A stretch of DNA of 44,540 nucleotides, from positions 1 to 44,540 of the forward strand of contig JBOICY010000486.1 in the NCBI GenBank assembly GCA_050740335.1, read 5' to 3'. The DNA is from Methylococcales bacterium. Its GTDB lineage: Bacteria; Pseudomonadota; Gammaproteobacteria; Methylococcales; UBA1147. A program made the translations under genes and the position numbers. Positions 19,774 to 28,398 of this stretch are shown piece after piece. Position 1 is the first letter of the stretch. The number at the start of each line of letters is the position of its first letter. The notes beneath the pieces are model-generated. The model made no database searches. It saw nothing but the letters and a program-made list of their open reading frames with translations, and had not been told where the DNA came from.

Positions 19774-20280
19774 TTGTTGGGGATATTTTTTTTGAGCGCC
19801 TGCGCCGAGCACCCTTTGGAGAAAGTCACCGTGGCGACCGAAGAGGGCTGTCAACTGCTTCGCCAGTTTATCGCCGACCACCCGTCCCAGTTCGCTTCGT
19901 TCAGACGTGGAGCGCCTTCGAGCAACGCTTGGCGAAATGCCAATATCTGGAACGCAAAACCTCTTTATCCTGAAACGAAATGCCAAATCTGGGGCTGGGC
20001 CAAGGGACGATCCAATTACTCCTGCCAGTGGAAGGAATCCGACCAGGAAGCCGCTCAATCCGCCTATGACCAGTACAATCCGGAAATCCAAAGCTGCCTC
20101 GGCAGCGACTGGAGCGCTTCCGAACCTCAAGCCAAAACCGGTAAAGAAACCGTATTTCGAAGTCAATCGACCGGTGCCGTGGTCTCGATCCGGTATTTTC
20201 AGGACACCCGGCCCCCGTTTTCGAAACCCTGGTATATCTCAATGGTCATCGGCGACCTTATCGAGACGGTAAAGGATTAG
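19774..20280 (+). CDS. hypothetical lipoprotein
   Basis: 168-aa ORF starting at TTG, with a lipobox-like FFLSAC. I recognise no family. Confidence 0.45.
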   Translation: MLGIFFLSACAEHPLEKVTVATEEGCQLLRQFIADHPSQFASFRRGAPSSNAWRNANIWNAKPLYPETKCQIWGWAKGRSNYSCQWKESDQEAAQSAYDQYNPEIQSCLGSDWSASEPQAKTGKETVFRSQSTGAVVSIRYFQDTRPPFSKPWYISMVIGDLIETVKD

Positions 20281-20529
20281 GTACAGGGATTATAGCATCC
20301 CATATCCGGGCTCAGGTTTGTGATCATCAAACTGGTAACTTGTAGCAACCTATCAACGGAAGAGTGATCGACAAAGTTAACCGCTGCCCCTTCCTTTATG
20401 GCGGATCACCGACCCGGCAAAGAGTTCGCGGAAATCCTTTTACATCGGTGGCTTCAATGGAGACCGACATCCGAGCCGAAAAGCTCGTATGATGAAGAAG
20501 TCAACTGACAATGAAAAACTCCAGGTCGA

Positions 20530-20557
20530 TTGACTATCCTCGACCCGGGGAGATAAT
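20530..20557 (+). promoter_or_regulatory. candidate sigma70 promoter for the island operon
   Basis: TTGACT (20530-20535), a 16-nt spacer, then GATAAT (20552-20557), about 135 nt upstream of ATG 20694. AAGGAG sits about 9 nt upstream of that ATG. Confidence 0.35.
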
Positions 20558-20693
20558 TGCCGCTTTTTGCATCGTCTTGCGTTTTCCCCGGTATCGCCGG
20601 ATGCTACTCCCGGCACTGCCTGCGGCATAGAATGATAAACTCCCCATAACTCCCGTCAGGCCAAACTTTCGAAACTAAAGGAGTGAACGACCG

Positions 20694-21653
20694 ATGAGCG
20701 GAAATAAATATACCGAAGTACAATTCAAACGAGAACAAGAAGAAAAACTGAAACTTTTGCAAAGTCTGCAAGGTTTGCGCGCGGAATGCATGGAACTGCG
20801 AAAACAACTGGACGAGAAGGTCAACGACATGTCGGACGGTTTGCGCGCGACCTTCAATACAGAAGTTGCAGCTTCCCGGCAATGGCTAAGTAAAAAAGAA
20901 ACAACTCCGCCCGATACATACAGTATGGGCCACAGCCTGGATGGTTTACATCACGCACAGCGTAGGCAGGAACAAATCAATAGTGACGGGAGAACCTGTC
21001 TGAAAAAATTCCAACTGGCCTTGACCGAGAAAGCCGGCGCCATCGGCCGAGCGATAGCGGAACAACAGGTGACGGTAAATCAGACCCTGCTGCAAAATAG
21101 TGAGGTGCTGCAATTATGGTATGGCCAAGAGGCGGTGGCCGCCTGGAAATCAAGACTCGAACAGGCAGACCAGTCGGCTCACACCGAGCATTACCCTGAA
21201 GCCGAAGCTCAACTCAGTGCTCTGCACAGTGAAGTCCAGGCAAAGGTTACCCAGGCGACAGAACAGGAAACACAACATCAGCGGCGGTTGTATCTGCTCA
21301 CGGCGTTGCGGCAGGTCACTGCGGATCTACACTTTACCGAGATCACCGAACCCAACTTTGAAAAACCCGGCGAGCGCGGCAGCCGCATCGTATTTTCGGT
21401 GGACACCCATGACCGGGGGCGGATCGATTTTCACCTCACGATGGAGGGCTTGGGTTCATTCTCGGCGATGGGCGATAACCAGTGCCCGGTAGAGTTCGGC
21501 ACACTCTCAAAACAATTGAATGATCAATACGGCATTCAAACCCGATTCCGCCCGGCCACCGGTGAACCCGCTCCCGAATTGCGCCGCAAGGGCGAAAAGG
21601 AATTACCCGATGACGGAGCACAGCGAACGACAGGCGCCGACGCTGGGAACTGA
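20694..21653 (+). CDS. island gene G1: coiled-coil protein of unknown family
   Basis: 319 aa and intact. The N-terminal two thirds are Q/E/K/L-rich heptad-like. The C-terminal roughly 100 aa (RIVFSVDTHDRGRIDFHLTMEGLGSFSAMGDNQCPVEFG) look globular. Confidence 0.6.
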   Translation: MSGNKYTEVQFKREQEEKLKLLQSLQGLRAECMELRKQLDEKVNDMSDGLRATFNTEVAASRQWLSKKETTPPDTYSMGHSLDGLHHAQRRQEQINSDGRTCLKKFQLALTEKAGAIGRAIAEQQVTVNQTLLQNSEVLQLWYGQEAVAAWKSRLEQADQSAHTEHYPEAEAQLSALHSEVQAKVTQATEQETQHQRRLYLLTALRQVTADLHFTEITEPNFEKPGERGSRIVFSVDTHDRGRIDFHLTMEGLGSFSAMGDNQCPVEFGTLSKQLNDQYGIQTRFRPATGEPAPELRRKGEKELPDDGAQRTTGADAGN

Positions 21654-21655
21654 AG

Positions 21656-23505
21656 ATGTCCGTCTGGATTCAGAACCTGCGCAGTGCCCTGCAGGACAAA
21701 CCCGTACTCATCCTCTACGGCAACGTTCGGGATCGCTATATCGATCTGGAGGGCCGAGTATACCCCGGGCTCAACGAATTGCTGGAACAGGTCACCCAGG
21801 AGATCGGTTTGTCTTTTACCGAGCAGGTGACCTACGATCGTGTCGGCCACGAGCGCCGTATCCGGCTGACTGCCTCAAACCCGCCCCCGCAACGCCTGTT
21901 TCCGCGCCAACCAATCAGGTTGCTGACGACGGATTATCCAGTACCCGCCCCCGCGTCCAAAACACTGGCGAGCAGGTCCCCCCTCGCGGATATTCGCGAC
22001 CTGGGTGGCGGAAGTGGTAGAGCCGACGACCAATCGACTGTTCCTGCTCTACTACCTGGACAAGGCGATCGCCTATAAGAGCGGGTACCAGGACGATGAA
22101 AAGGAAGTCCTGCTGTGGCTCGAAAAAATCATCGAAAACATCAACTCGAACCACCGCTTGATCATGGTGGCTCTGCAGGATACCCAGCTGCCGCTGGAGC
22201 TTTACACGCACGCGCCCAAAGTCCGGGTTCTGCCCATCCCGTTACCCGGCAAACCCGACCGACTGGCTTACCTGTCCCATAAACTCGGTTCCAGCTATGC
22301 CCATCGCGAATTGGCCGCTGATCTTACCGATGGTTTATACCTGTATGATCTGGACGCGATCGCCAGGGAACTGCACGACCACACCGATGCGGACAGCCGC
22401 GAAGTGCGCCGTTTGGTCAACCGTTACCGGATCGGCGAGCAGGAGGATCATTGGGGTAGTTTAAGTATTACCAAGCTGCAGCAAGGCGAGGACTGGTTTA
22501 CCAACCAGGGAGGTGTCAAGGGCCAGAAAGAGGCCATTGAACGGGTAATCGACATGCTGGTGCTGGCCCGTGCCGGTCTGACCGGCATGGCCGGAGGCAC
22601 GGCGGCCAAACCCAAGGGCGTGCTGTTTTTCGCCGGCCCGTCGGGTGTCGGAAAAACCTATGTCGCGAAAAAGCTCGCGCAATTCCTGTTCAGTACGGAA
22701 CAAGCCTATATTCGCTTCGATATGAGCGAATTCAAGGATGAACACACCGTGTCCAAGTTGATCGGCTCCCCGCCGGGCTATGTGGGCTATGAACGCGGCG
22801 GCATGTTGACCAGCGCGGTGCGGGAGAAACCTTTTGCGGTTTTGTTGTTCTCGAAATTGAAAAAGCCAACCCGAAAATCTTCGATATTTTTCTGCAATTG
22901 CTCGATGAAGGCCGGCTCACGGACAGTCGCGGACAAACGGTGTTCTTTACCGAAACCGTGGTTATTTCACCTCCAATATCGGCGCCCGCGCGCTCGACAG
23001 CCGCGGCAATCCGATTGCCGAGCAGTCGGCCCTGGATCAACTCCTCGCCACCGATGCAAGCGGAGACGAACGGCAACAACGGGTACGGGAACACTTTCGC
23101 TGCGCAGTGGAAGACTTCTTTCTGTATGAAATCGCGCGCCCGGAACTGCTCAACCGCATCGGCAATAACATTATTCCCTTCAATTACATCCACAGTGTCG
23201 AGGTACAGAAGGACATCATCCTCTCCCATCTGCAACGCATCTCCGAAGAATTCGCCGACAAGTACCGCCGCCAGAACCACGGGCTGCATTTCAACGACCA
23301 AGTGGTCGATTGGTTGGTGCAGCGTTACCGGGCGCGCATCAGCCGCTTCGGCGGGCGCGGCATCACCAACGCCATCAACGATGAAGTCATGCTGCCCCTG
23401 GCGCGCGAGGTGCTTCGAGCGGAATATGAGAATGCCTCAAACTGGCAGTTTCGCCTGGAAATATCAGGACGAAGCGGCGCCATCGAGGTCAAGGCGACAT
23501 CATGA
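21656..23505 (+). CDS. island gene G2: Clp/Hsp100 D2-type AAA+ ATPase with a non-P-loop N-terminal region, interrupted by three frameshifts (pseudogene or assembly errors)
   Basis: Fragments are 21656-22078, 22005-about 22850, about 22850-22966, and 22966-23505. Walker A is [18 protein letters not shown]. Other motifs: [57 protein letters not shown], sensor-1 VVIFTSNIGA (needs one extra T at 22965-22967) and sensor-2 [14 protein letters not shown]. Confidence 0.75.
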
Positions 23506-24606
23506 ACCACCCCGCGCCCTGCGAATACATTGGTCGCCTTGAAGGTGACCAGGGTGAAAACCTGATCCTGATTCTGGACGCGTCTGAAAACGCCGCCCCC
23601 CCGGCGCGGCAATCTCATCCGCCTGTGCATCGAAACGCTCGCCGAACTTCCCGCCGATGTGCGCGTCCAGATTTATTTCCTCGGCAACCCGCAGCCCTAT
23701 TCCGCTCACAATCTGGCCACACAAGCCCCGGCATGGTTCAAGGCCAATTCTTTACGCGCGAGTCTGATCAGTCCGGTGCTGGAAATCCTCTCCGCTATGG
23801 AAGATACCTCCCTGGTCGTGCTGGGTGACGGGCCGATCTACGACCTCGAAGATTGGCGGGACTCGCCGTTCCGGGACCGGCTGCGGCTCGTCCACTTCGG
23901 CATTCCTCTGCAACCCACCGGCGCCGGTCTGCCGGAACTCGAGTCTCCCACCGTCCAAATACTCCTGCACTCGCTGTTCGACCCGGTGACCACGATTAGA
24001 TTGCGCGAATCTGGATTTTTTCCGTTAGACTGGGGCGGTTCCGCTTATCGCCTGATCGAGGATCAGGGACACTTCATCCTGCGCGGCGAACGCCCGTCGA
24101 CCGCAACGCTGACTGTTCGCTGCCTGCTGTGCCGGGACGAAAATCTTCATGTGGAACGCCGTCACGCCACGGGCCGTGTCAGCCGCTTAGAAATGCGCCC
24201 GCTGCCCGCCGTTGGCAGGCCGGCAGACGGGCGGCTGACCTCGGTCGAAGTCGCCATTCTCGACTTGGCCTGCCGGAAACTCGATTTTATCTGCCCACAC
24301 TGCGGCGCGGCTCATGCCTGGAATACCCTGCGATGCCGTCCGCATCGCGCGATCATTGACCAACCGGTGTTTCCCAGTCTATCGAATCAGCGCGGATTCG
24401 TTAAAATTTACCGTGACGCCGAAGGCGCGGAATACTGGCTGGAGGGCAAAGCCCTGTCCATCGGCGACGGTCTCGTTGCCCTCCGGGAAGGCGGCCGCGC
24501 CCGCGTGCTTCGCTTCGATCCCCTCAGCGCCCGCTGGTTGCCCGCAACCGGCGAATTCTCCGCTTACCAACCCTTGGGGGCCGGTTGCTATGGACTGCTG
24601 CTTTGA
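23502..24606 (+). CDS. island gene G3: vWA-like domain protein with a Cys-rich C-terminal domain, frameshifted at a C7 tract
   Basis: ATG 23502 overlaps the G2 stop (ATGA). [10 protein letters not shown], then the C7 tract at 23596-23602, then in the +1 frame [28 protein letters not shown] ... [12 protein letters not shown], which has a vWA-like beta-alpha pattern. The C-terminal part has CLLC and [15 protein letters not shown]. Confidence 0.6.
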
Positions 24607-25216
24607 CCGCACCGGTTTTCCCTATGTCGAGTTGAAAGACCCGGCCTTGGCGGTGAGCCTGTTGCCCCTGACCAAGCTCCAGTTCGAGCGCTACCTGGCG
24701 GATCTCACCCCGCACGGAGATCACTGGTATGAGGAACTTCTGAAACTCAATACGCGCGTCTCGCCCCAACACTTTACCCCGGAGCAGCGGGAGCGGCTGT
24801 TCCTGACCGGGTTGTTGCCCGCGGAAGCAGAAGCCTACGCCGCCTGGCTGGGGGAGGGCTATCGGCTTCCGACCGTGGCGGAATGGCGGGGGATCTATCG
24901 GTGTTTTCAATCTACTACATTTACACCGTTCAAAGCTTCGCCGACTGCCGACGTCGACGACCGCGCAGCCATTTTGTTACGACGCCTGGAGGCGCAAACG
25001 CGACCAAGGACACCGTTGGATTTCAGCCTGATGCACGGCGGTGTAGTGGAATGGGCGCGCGACGGTAACGTCTGGACCGGATTGGGCGCGCCGCGGCCCA
25101 GCTTCCAGACTAATCTGTGGAATCCTCTCAGGGACACGGTTCCCCCCATCCAGCCCAATCAACGTCTGGCTTTCTTCGGCGCGAGATTGGTCCGCGATCT
25201 GGCAAAAATCCCATGA
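24590..25216 (+). CDS. island gene G4: small FGE-sulfatase (SUMF1/EgtB/PvdO) fold protein
   Basis: About 208 aa from ATG 24590, overlapping G3 by 17 nt. Matching motifs: LPLTKLQFERYL, AEAYAAWLGEGYRLPTVAEW, MHGGVVEWARD and FFGARLVRD. Confidence 0.65.
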   Translation: MDCCFDRTGFPYVELKDPALAVSLLPLTKLQFERYLADLTPHGDHWYEELLKLNTRVSPQHFTPEQRERLFLTGLLPAEAEAYAAWLGEGYRLPTVAEWRGIYRCFQSTTFTPFKASPTADVDDRAAILLRRLEAQTRPRTPLDFSLMHGGVVEWARDGNVWTGLGAPRPSFQTNLWNPLRDTVPPIQPNQRLAFFGARLVRDLAKIP

Positions 25217-26738
25217 AGAAAACCCATCGTGTGCTTCTCGTCGCTTGCCTGTGGATCGGACTGTGCTTCATGGCTGTCCCCGCGGTATCGGCCCCGCTCG
25301 AGGAAGCACTGCAATCGGGGGATTTGCGATACTGGCGGGATCTTTATGCTACTCCACCGCCCGATGCCAAGTGGTTCTCCGCCTTGCGCGCTTCGCCAAT
25401 CTACTGGCTCCTGTCGCCCATGGCCTGGTGCTGGCTGCTGATGATATGTGCCTGGCTTGTCTACCGGACGGTATGGCGGCTGTCCGCCTACGGTGAGCTT
25501 GGACTCTTGAACCCGATCCTCGCCTTACCGGTTGGCTGGTTGTTTACTTGGACCCTGTGGGCGGGGTTTGTCGCCTTGCTGATGGGTCTAGTCGGCTTGT
25601 TGTCTATCCTTAATTCCTCCCGGTGGGATAACTTGGGGCAGGAGATGAAGTTGGAGGCGATGAATTCGGAGGCGATGAATTCGGAGGCATCTCAGATTGG
25701 ATGCGCATTCGCGGTGATTCTCTGTATGGCAATTGCGTTGATTATTCAGTTGATTATTCAGCAGAACAGCGAGGCGGTTTTCATGTGGATTGGTTTCTTT
25801 ATTGGCGCCAGTATTGGCGCAGTTGAAGGGCCGATTGGCTGTTTTATGGGCGCGTCGATTGTCGGGTGGATTGCCTCGAAGATTGGCGTGTGGATTATTG
25901 GCTTGGAGATTGTCCCTGTGATTGGTGAGTGGATTGTCGCAGTGCCTGGAGTGGTGCTTGGCAGCATGTTTGGCGGGTTTATTGGCTTCGTGATTGGCAA
26001 TTGGATTGGCTTTAGGATTCGCCGTGTGGAAGGCATGGGGATTGTCGCCGTGCCTGGCGTAGTGGGAGGGACCCTTTACCTCGTCCCAGGCAATTTCTGG
26101 ACCCATTACTTTCTCACCACCGCCCTGGATTCCCTTCTTCTGATCGGCGCCGTGCTCCTGACGTGGCTGCTCTTGGGTGCTGTGATTGTGATTGTAGTCT
26201 CGAGTGCCCACTTTCTGCCTTGGCTGAAGGCAAACAATGAGGCTGCCTGGAGGCTGTGTAAAAAGGACTACCACCGGTTTCGATTGGGTGCGGGCCTGCC
26301 TTGGCCGGTCCGCTGGAGCGGGCGGCTGTTGATGGTCGAGGAACCCCGCGCCAGCATCAGAATTTCGCCGACTATTTCGTCTGCCGATCCTGCGGCGGAC
26401 AGGAGGATTTTGTTACTGCCCGGCGACTCATCGGGATCATCGGTGCGATGCATTCCACTACCGTCCCCGACGAACCGAGCGTTTCTCTCTTTAACCCGTC
26501 CACCCGTCAGGCCATAAGCGCAGACATCGACTGCCTCGACGTCTATCCGCCACCACCGGGCCAAACCATCGACTACGACTATGCGGTCAATGCCGTGTTG
26601 AACGCGCTGAGCGAAGACCACCACCGCAGCCGGCGCCTGAAACAAATCCCGGTGCGGGTCCACGGCCATCCCCCGTTGCCCGAAAACACCCGCCGTATGC
26701 TGGCCGACCGCTTCGGCCCAATCGAAGGAGGATCGTGA
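25213..26738 (+). CDS. island gene G5: signal-anchored polytopic membrane protein with a glycine-zipper-like core and the conserved C-terminal module, with one frame disruption near 26349
   Basis: ATG 25213 overlaps the G4 stop (ATGA). Starts MKKTHRVLLVACLWIGLCFMAVPAVSA. The core is rich in G-x3-G and I-G motifs. The C-terminal module continues in ORF 26301-26738. Relative to G8 there are 2 extra nt (cgcgcc versus cgcc). Confidence 0.7.
25653..25690 (+). repeat. 2.5 tandem copies of a 15-bp unit (ggaggcgatgaattc), encoding EAMNS-EAMNS-EA
   Basis: Read directly; each full unit carries a GAATTC site. Confidence 0.85.
26106..26738 (+). repeat. dispersed direct repeat, copy A (3' end of G5)
   Basis: Aligns by hand with 29674-30298 over its whole length. 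Most positions are identical, for example ctgatcggcgccgtgct and gaacgcgctgagcgaagacca. Confidence 0.85.
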
Positions 26739-27359
26739 ATGTACACCGCATTATTGCAAACGCAAGAAATGTTGAACGTGGCCGCCTGGCAGGCCCCTTC
26801 GGTCGTCAACGGTCCCGGGGAGCGCTTCGTACTGTGGCTGCAAGGCTGTCCGAGGCGTTGTCCCGGCTGCATCAATCCCGGGTTCTTGGCCGATACCCTC
26901 CGCGACTTGGTTCCCGTCGAACAGGTGGCGGCCCGAATCCTGGCCGTTCCGGACATCGAGGGCGTCACCTACAGCGGCGGCGAACCTTTTTCGCAAGCCG
27001 CCGCGCTCGCGGTGCTGAGTGCGCGCTTGCAGGCGAAGGGACTCGGGATTGTGAGCTACAGCGGATACACCCTGCGGGAACTGGAGGACCACCCCGACCC
27101 TGGAATTCAGGCGCTCCTGGCGCGGCTGGACCTGCTGATCGACGGGCCTTATATTCAGGCTCGTTCGAGCCCCTTGCGCTGGCGCGGCAGCACCAACCAG
27201 CAATTGCATTTCCTGAGCCCGCGCTATGCCGCGTATGCGGATTGTGAATCGGAGTCGCGCGCCGAGGTCGAATTATCCCTGGACGCGAACGGCCTGGCCG
27301 CGACCGGAATTTGGCCGGAAGACTTGCTGCAGCGGCTGAAACAAATACTCGAGGGGTAG
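26739..27359 (+). CDS. island gene G6: radical-SAM activating enzyme of the NrdG/PflA type (4Fe-4S single-cluster domain)
   Basis: 206 aa and intact. VVNGPGERFVLWLQGCPRRCPGCINP carries the CxxxCxxC cluster motif. Also YSGGEPF and LIDGPY ... WRGSTNQQLHFL, as in anaerobic RNR activases. ATG 26739 abuts the G5 stop TGA. Confidence 0.8.
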   Translation: MYTALLQTQEMLNVAAWQAPSVVNGPGERFVLWLQGCPRRCPGCINPGFLADTLRDLVPVEQVAARILAVPDIEGVTYSGGEPFSQAAALAVLSARLQAKGLGIVSYSGYTLRELEDHPDPGIQALLARLDLLIDGPYIQARSSPLRWRGSTNQQLHFLSPRYAAYADCESESRAEVELSLDANGLAATGIWPEDLLQRLKQILEG

Positions 27360-27363
27360 GCCG

Positions 27364-28347
27364 ATGTTGTGTCCTTTCAATCTATGTCAAGTACGGCAAT
27401 TCACCAAAAACGCTGATTCCGGTTTTACCTGCCCCGAATGCAAAGAGTCCGTTCCTGCCTTATACGTAAACGGTTATTCAGAGTATCCGCCGTCGGTATT
27501 GAGTTCCGTCGGATTCCGCGGACATGGTAAAACCGTCTATCTGGCCGCGCTCTTTCATGTCCTGGCGCATCATGAACTGCCGCGTCATTGGTGGGGTTTT
27601 TATAAAGCTGTCGTTGGCCAACACAGTCAGGAGATTCTGGATAAAAATATCGGTATGCTGAAGGCAGGGAAGTTGCCCGATTCCACCGCCCAGAACTTTC
27701 CCAAACCCACCCTGGTTCAGGTAACTGGAATTCCGACCGGGAAAAGGGCGACTTTGCTTTGCTATGACGCTGCCGGCGAAAGCTTTGAAAAAATCACCCG
27801 AATGGTCACTTATGCAAAATTCTTGGCCGGCGCCACAACCGTCTTGTTTTTACTCAGCATTCCGGATCTAGAACGAGAAGAATATGCCAGCGTAGCCCAA
27901 GAGATGGAAAGACTGTTAACCGTCTACCGAAATGGTATCGAGGAATTGGGCGGCAATACTCGACCTCAGCGCCTGGTGGTAGTGTACACTAAGGCGGATG
28001 AATGGAACGCTTTGGCGCGCCCTGAATACAGTAAGTTGCTGAACTATCTTAAGGGCGGAACCTTCGACGGCCTGGACCATTATTCAAGCTATAAAAAATC
28101 GCTGCTCGCGACGTCTGATCAGTTGAAAAATCTGACAGCCGAACATTTGCGGGCACAGGCTTTTTTGAACCATGCCAAGGACAAATTTGCTGGCGTGGAA
28201 TTTTGTGTGATCTCCGCTCTGGGCGCATCGCCAAAGGGCCAGAACCTCCAGACTGGCATTGCTCCACGCCGGGTGCTCGACCCGTTGTTATGGGTCTTGG
28301 ATAAAGATCTTTCAAGGCGAAACTTTGTTTCCCATCCAGCCAAATAA
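27364..28347 (+). CDS. island gene G7: N-terminal Zn-ribbon plus a TRAFAC-type P-loop GTPase
   Basis: 327 aa and intact. CPFNLC ... CPEC ribbon. G1 is GFRGHGKTVYL, G3 is LLCYDAAGE and G4 is VVVYTKADEW. Confidence 0.7.
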   Translation: MLCPFNLCQVRQFTKNADSGFTCPECKESVPALYVNGYSEYPPSVLSSVGFRGHGKTVYLAALFHVLAHHELPRHWWGFYKAVVGQHSQEILDKNIGMLKAGKLPDSTAQNFPKPTLVQVTGIPTGKRATLLCYDAAGESFEKITRMVTYAKFLAGATTVLFLLSIPDLEREEYASVAQEMERLLTVYRNGIEELGGNTRPQRLVVVYTKADEWNALARPEYSKLLNYLKGGTFDGLDHYSSYKKSLLATSDQLKNLTAEHLRAQAFLNHAKDKFAGVEFCVISALGASPKGQNLQTGIAPRRVLDPLLWVLDKDLSRRNFVSHPAK

Positions 28348-28398
28348 GTGTCCGGCTTTCGTCAGCGTGAGATTGGTACGGGAAGTGACTAAGTACCG

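Noticed and set aside
21656-24606. Reading the AAA+ plus vWA pair as a MoxR/vWA (mxaR-mxaC-like) methanol-oxidation accessory pair, or as T6SS ClpV.
   Set aside because: The ATPase has Clp D2-specific motifs rather than MoxR ones. No mxa, pqq or T6SS structural genes are nearby. The neighbouring genes (FGE fold, activase, GTPase, HEAT) do not fit either system.
25790-26050. Periodic short repeats (attgg/gattgg) that could superficially suggest a CRISPR-like or satellite array.
   Set aside because: Units are only 5-6 nt, irregularly spaced and in frame within a coding region. There is no repeat-spacer architecture.
25588-26274. 228-aa minus-strand ORF (and the 92-aa ORF at 25758-26036) with repetitive PI/NP/H motifs, opposite G5.
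   Set aside because: It is the mirror image of the plus-strand glycine-zipper repeats (gattgg periodicity). The plus frame is continuous with conserved flanking modules shared with G8.
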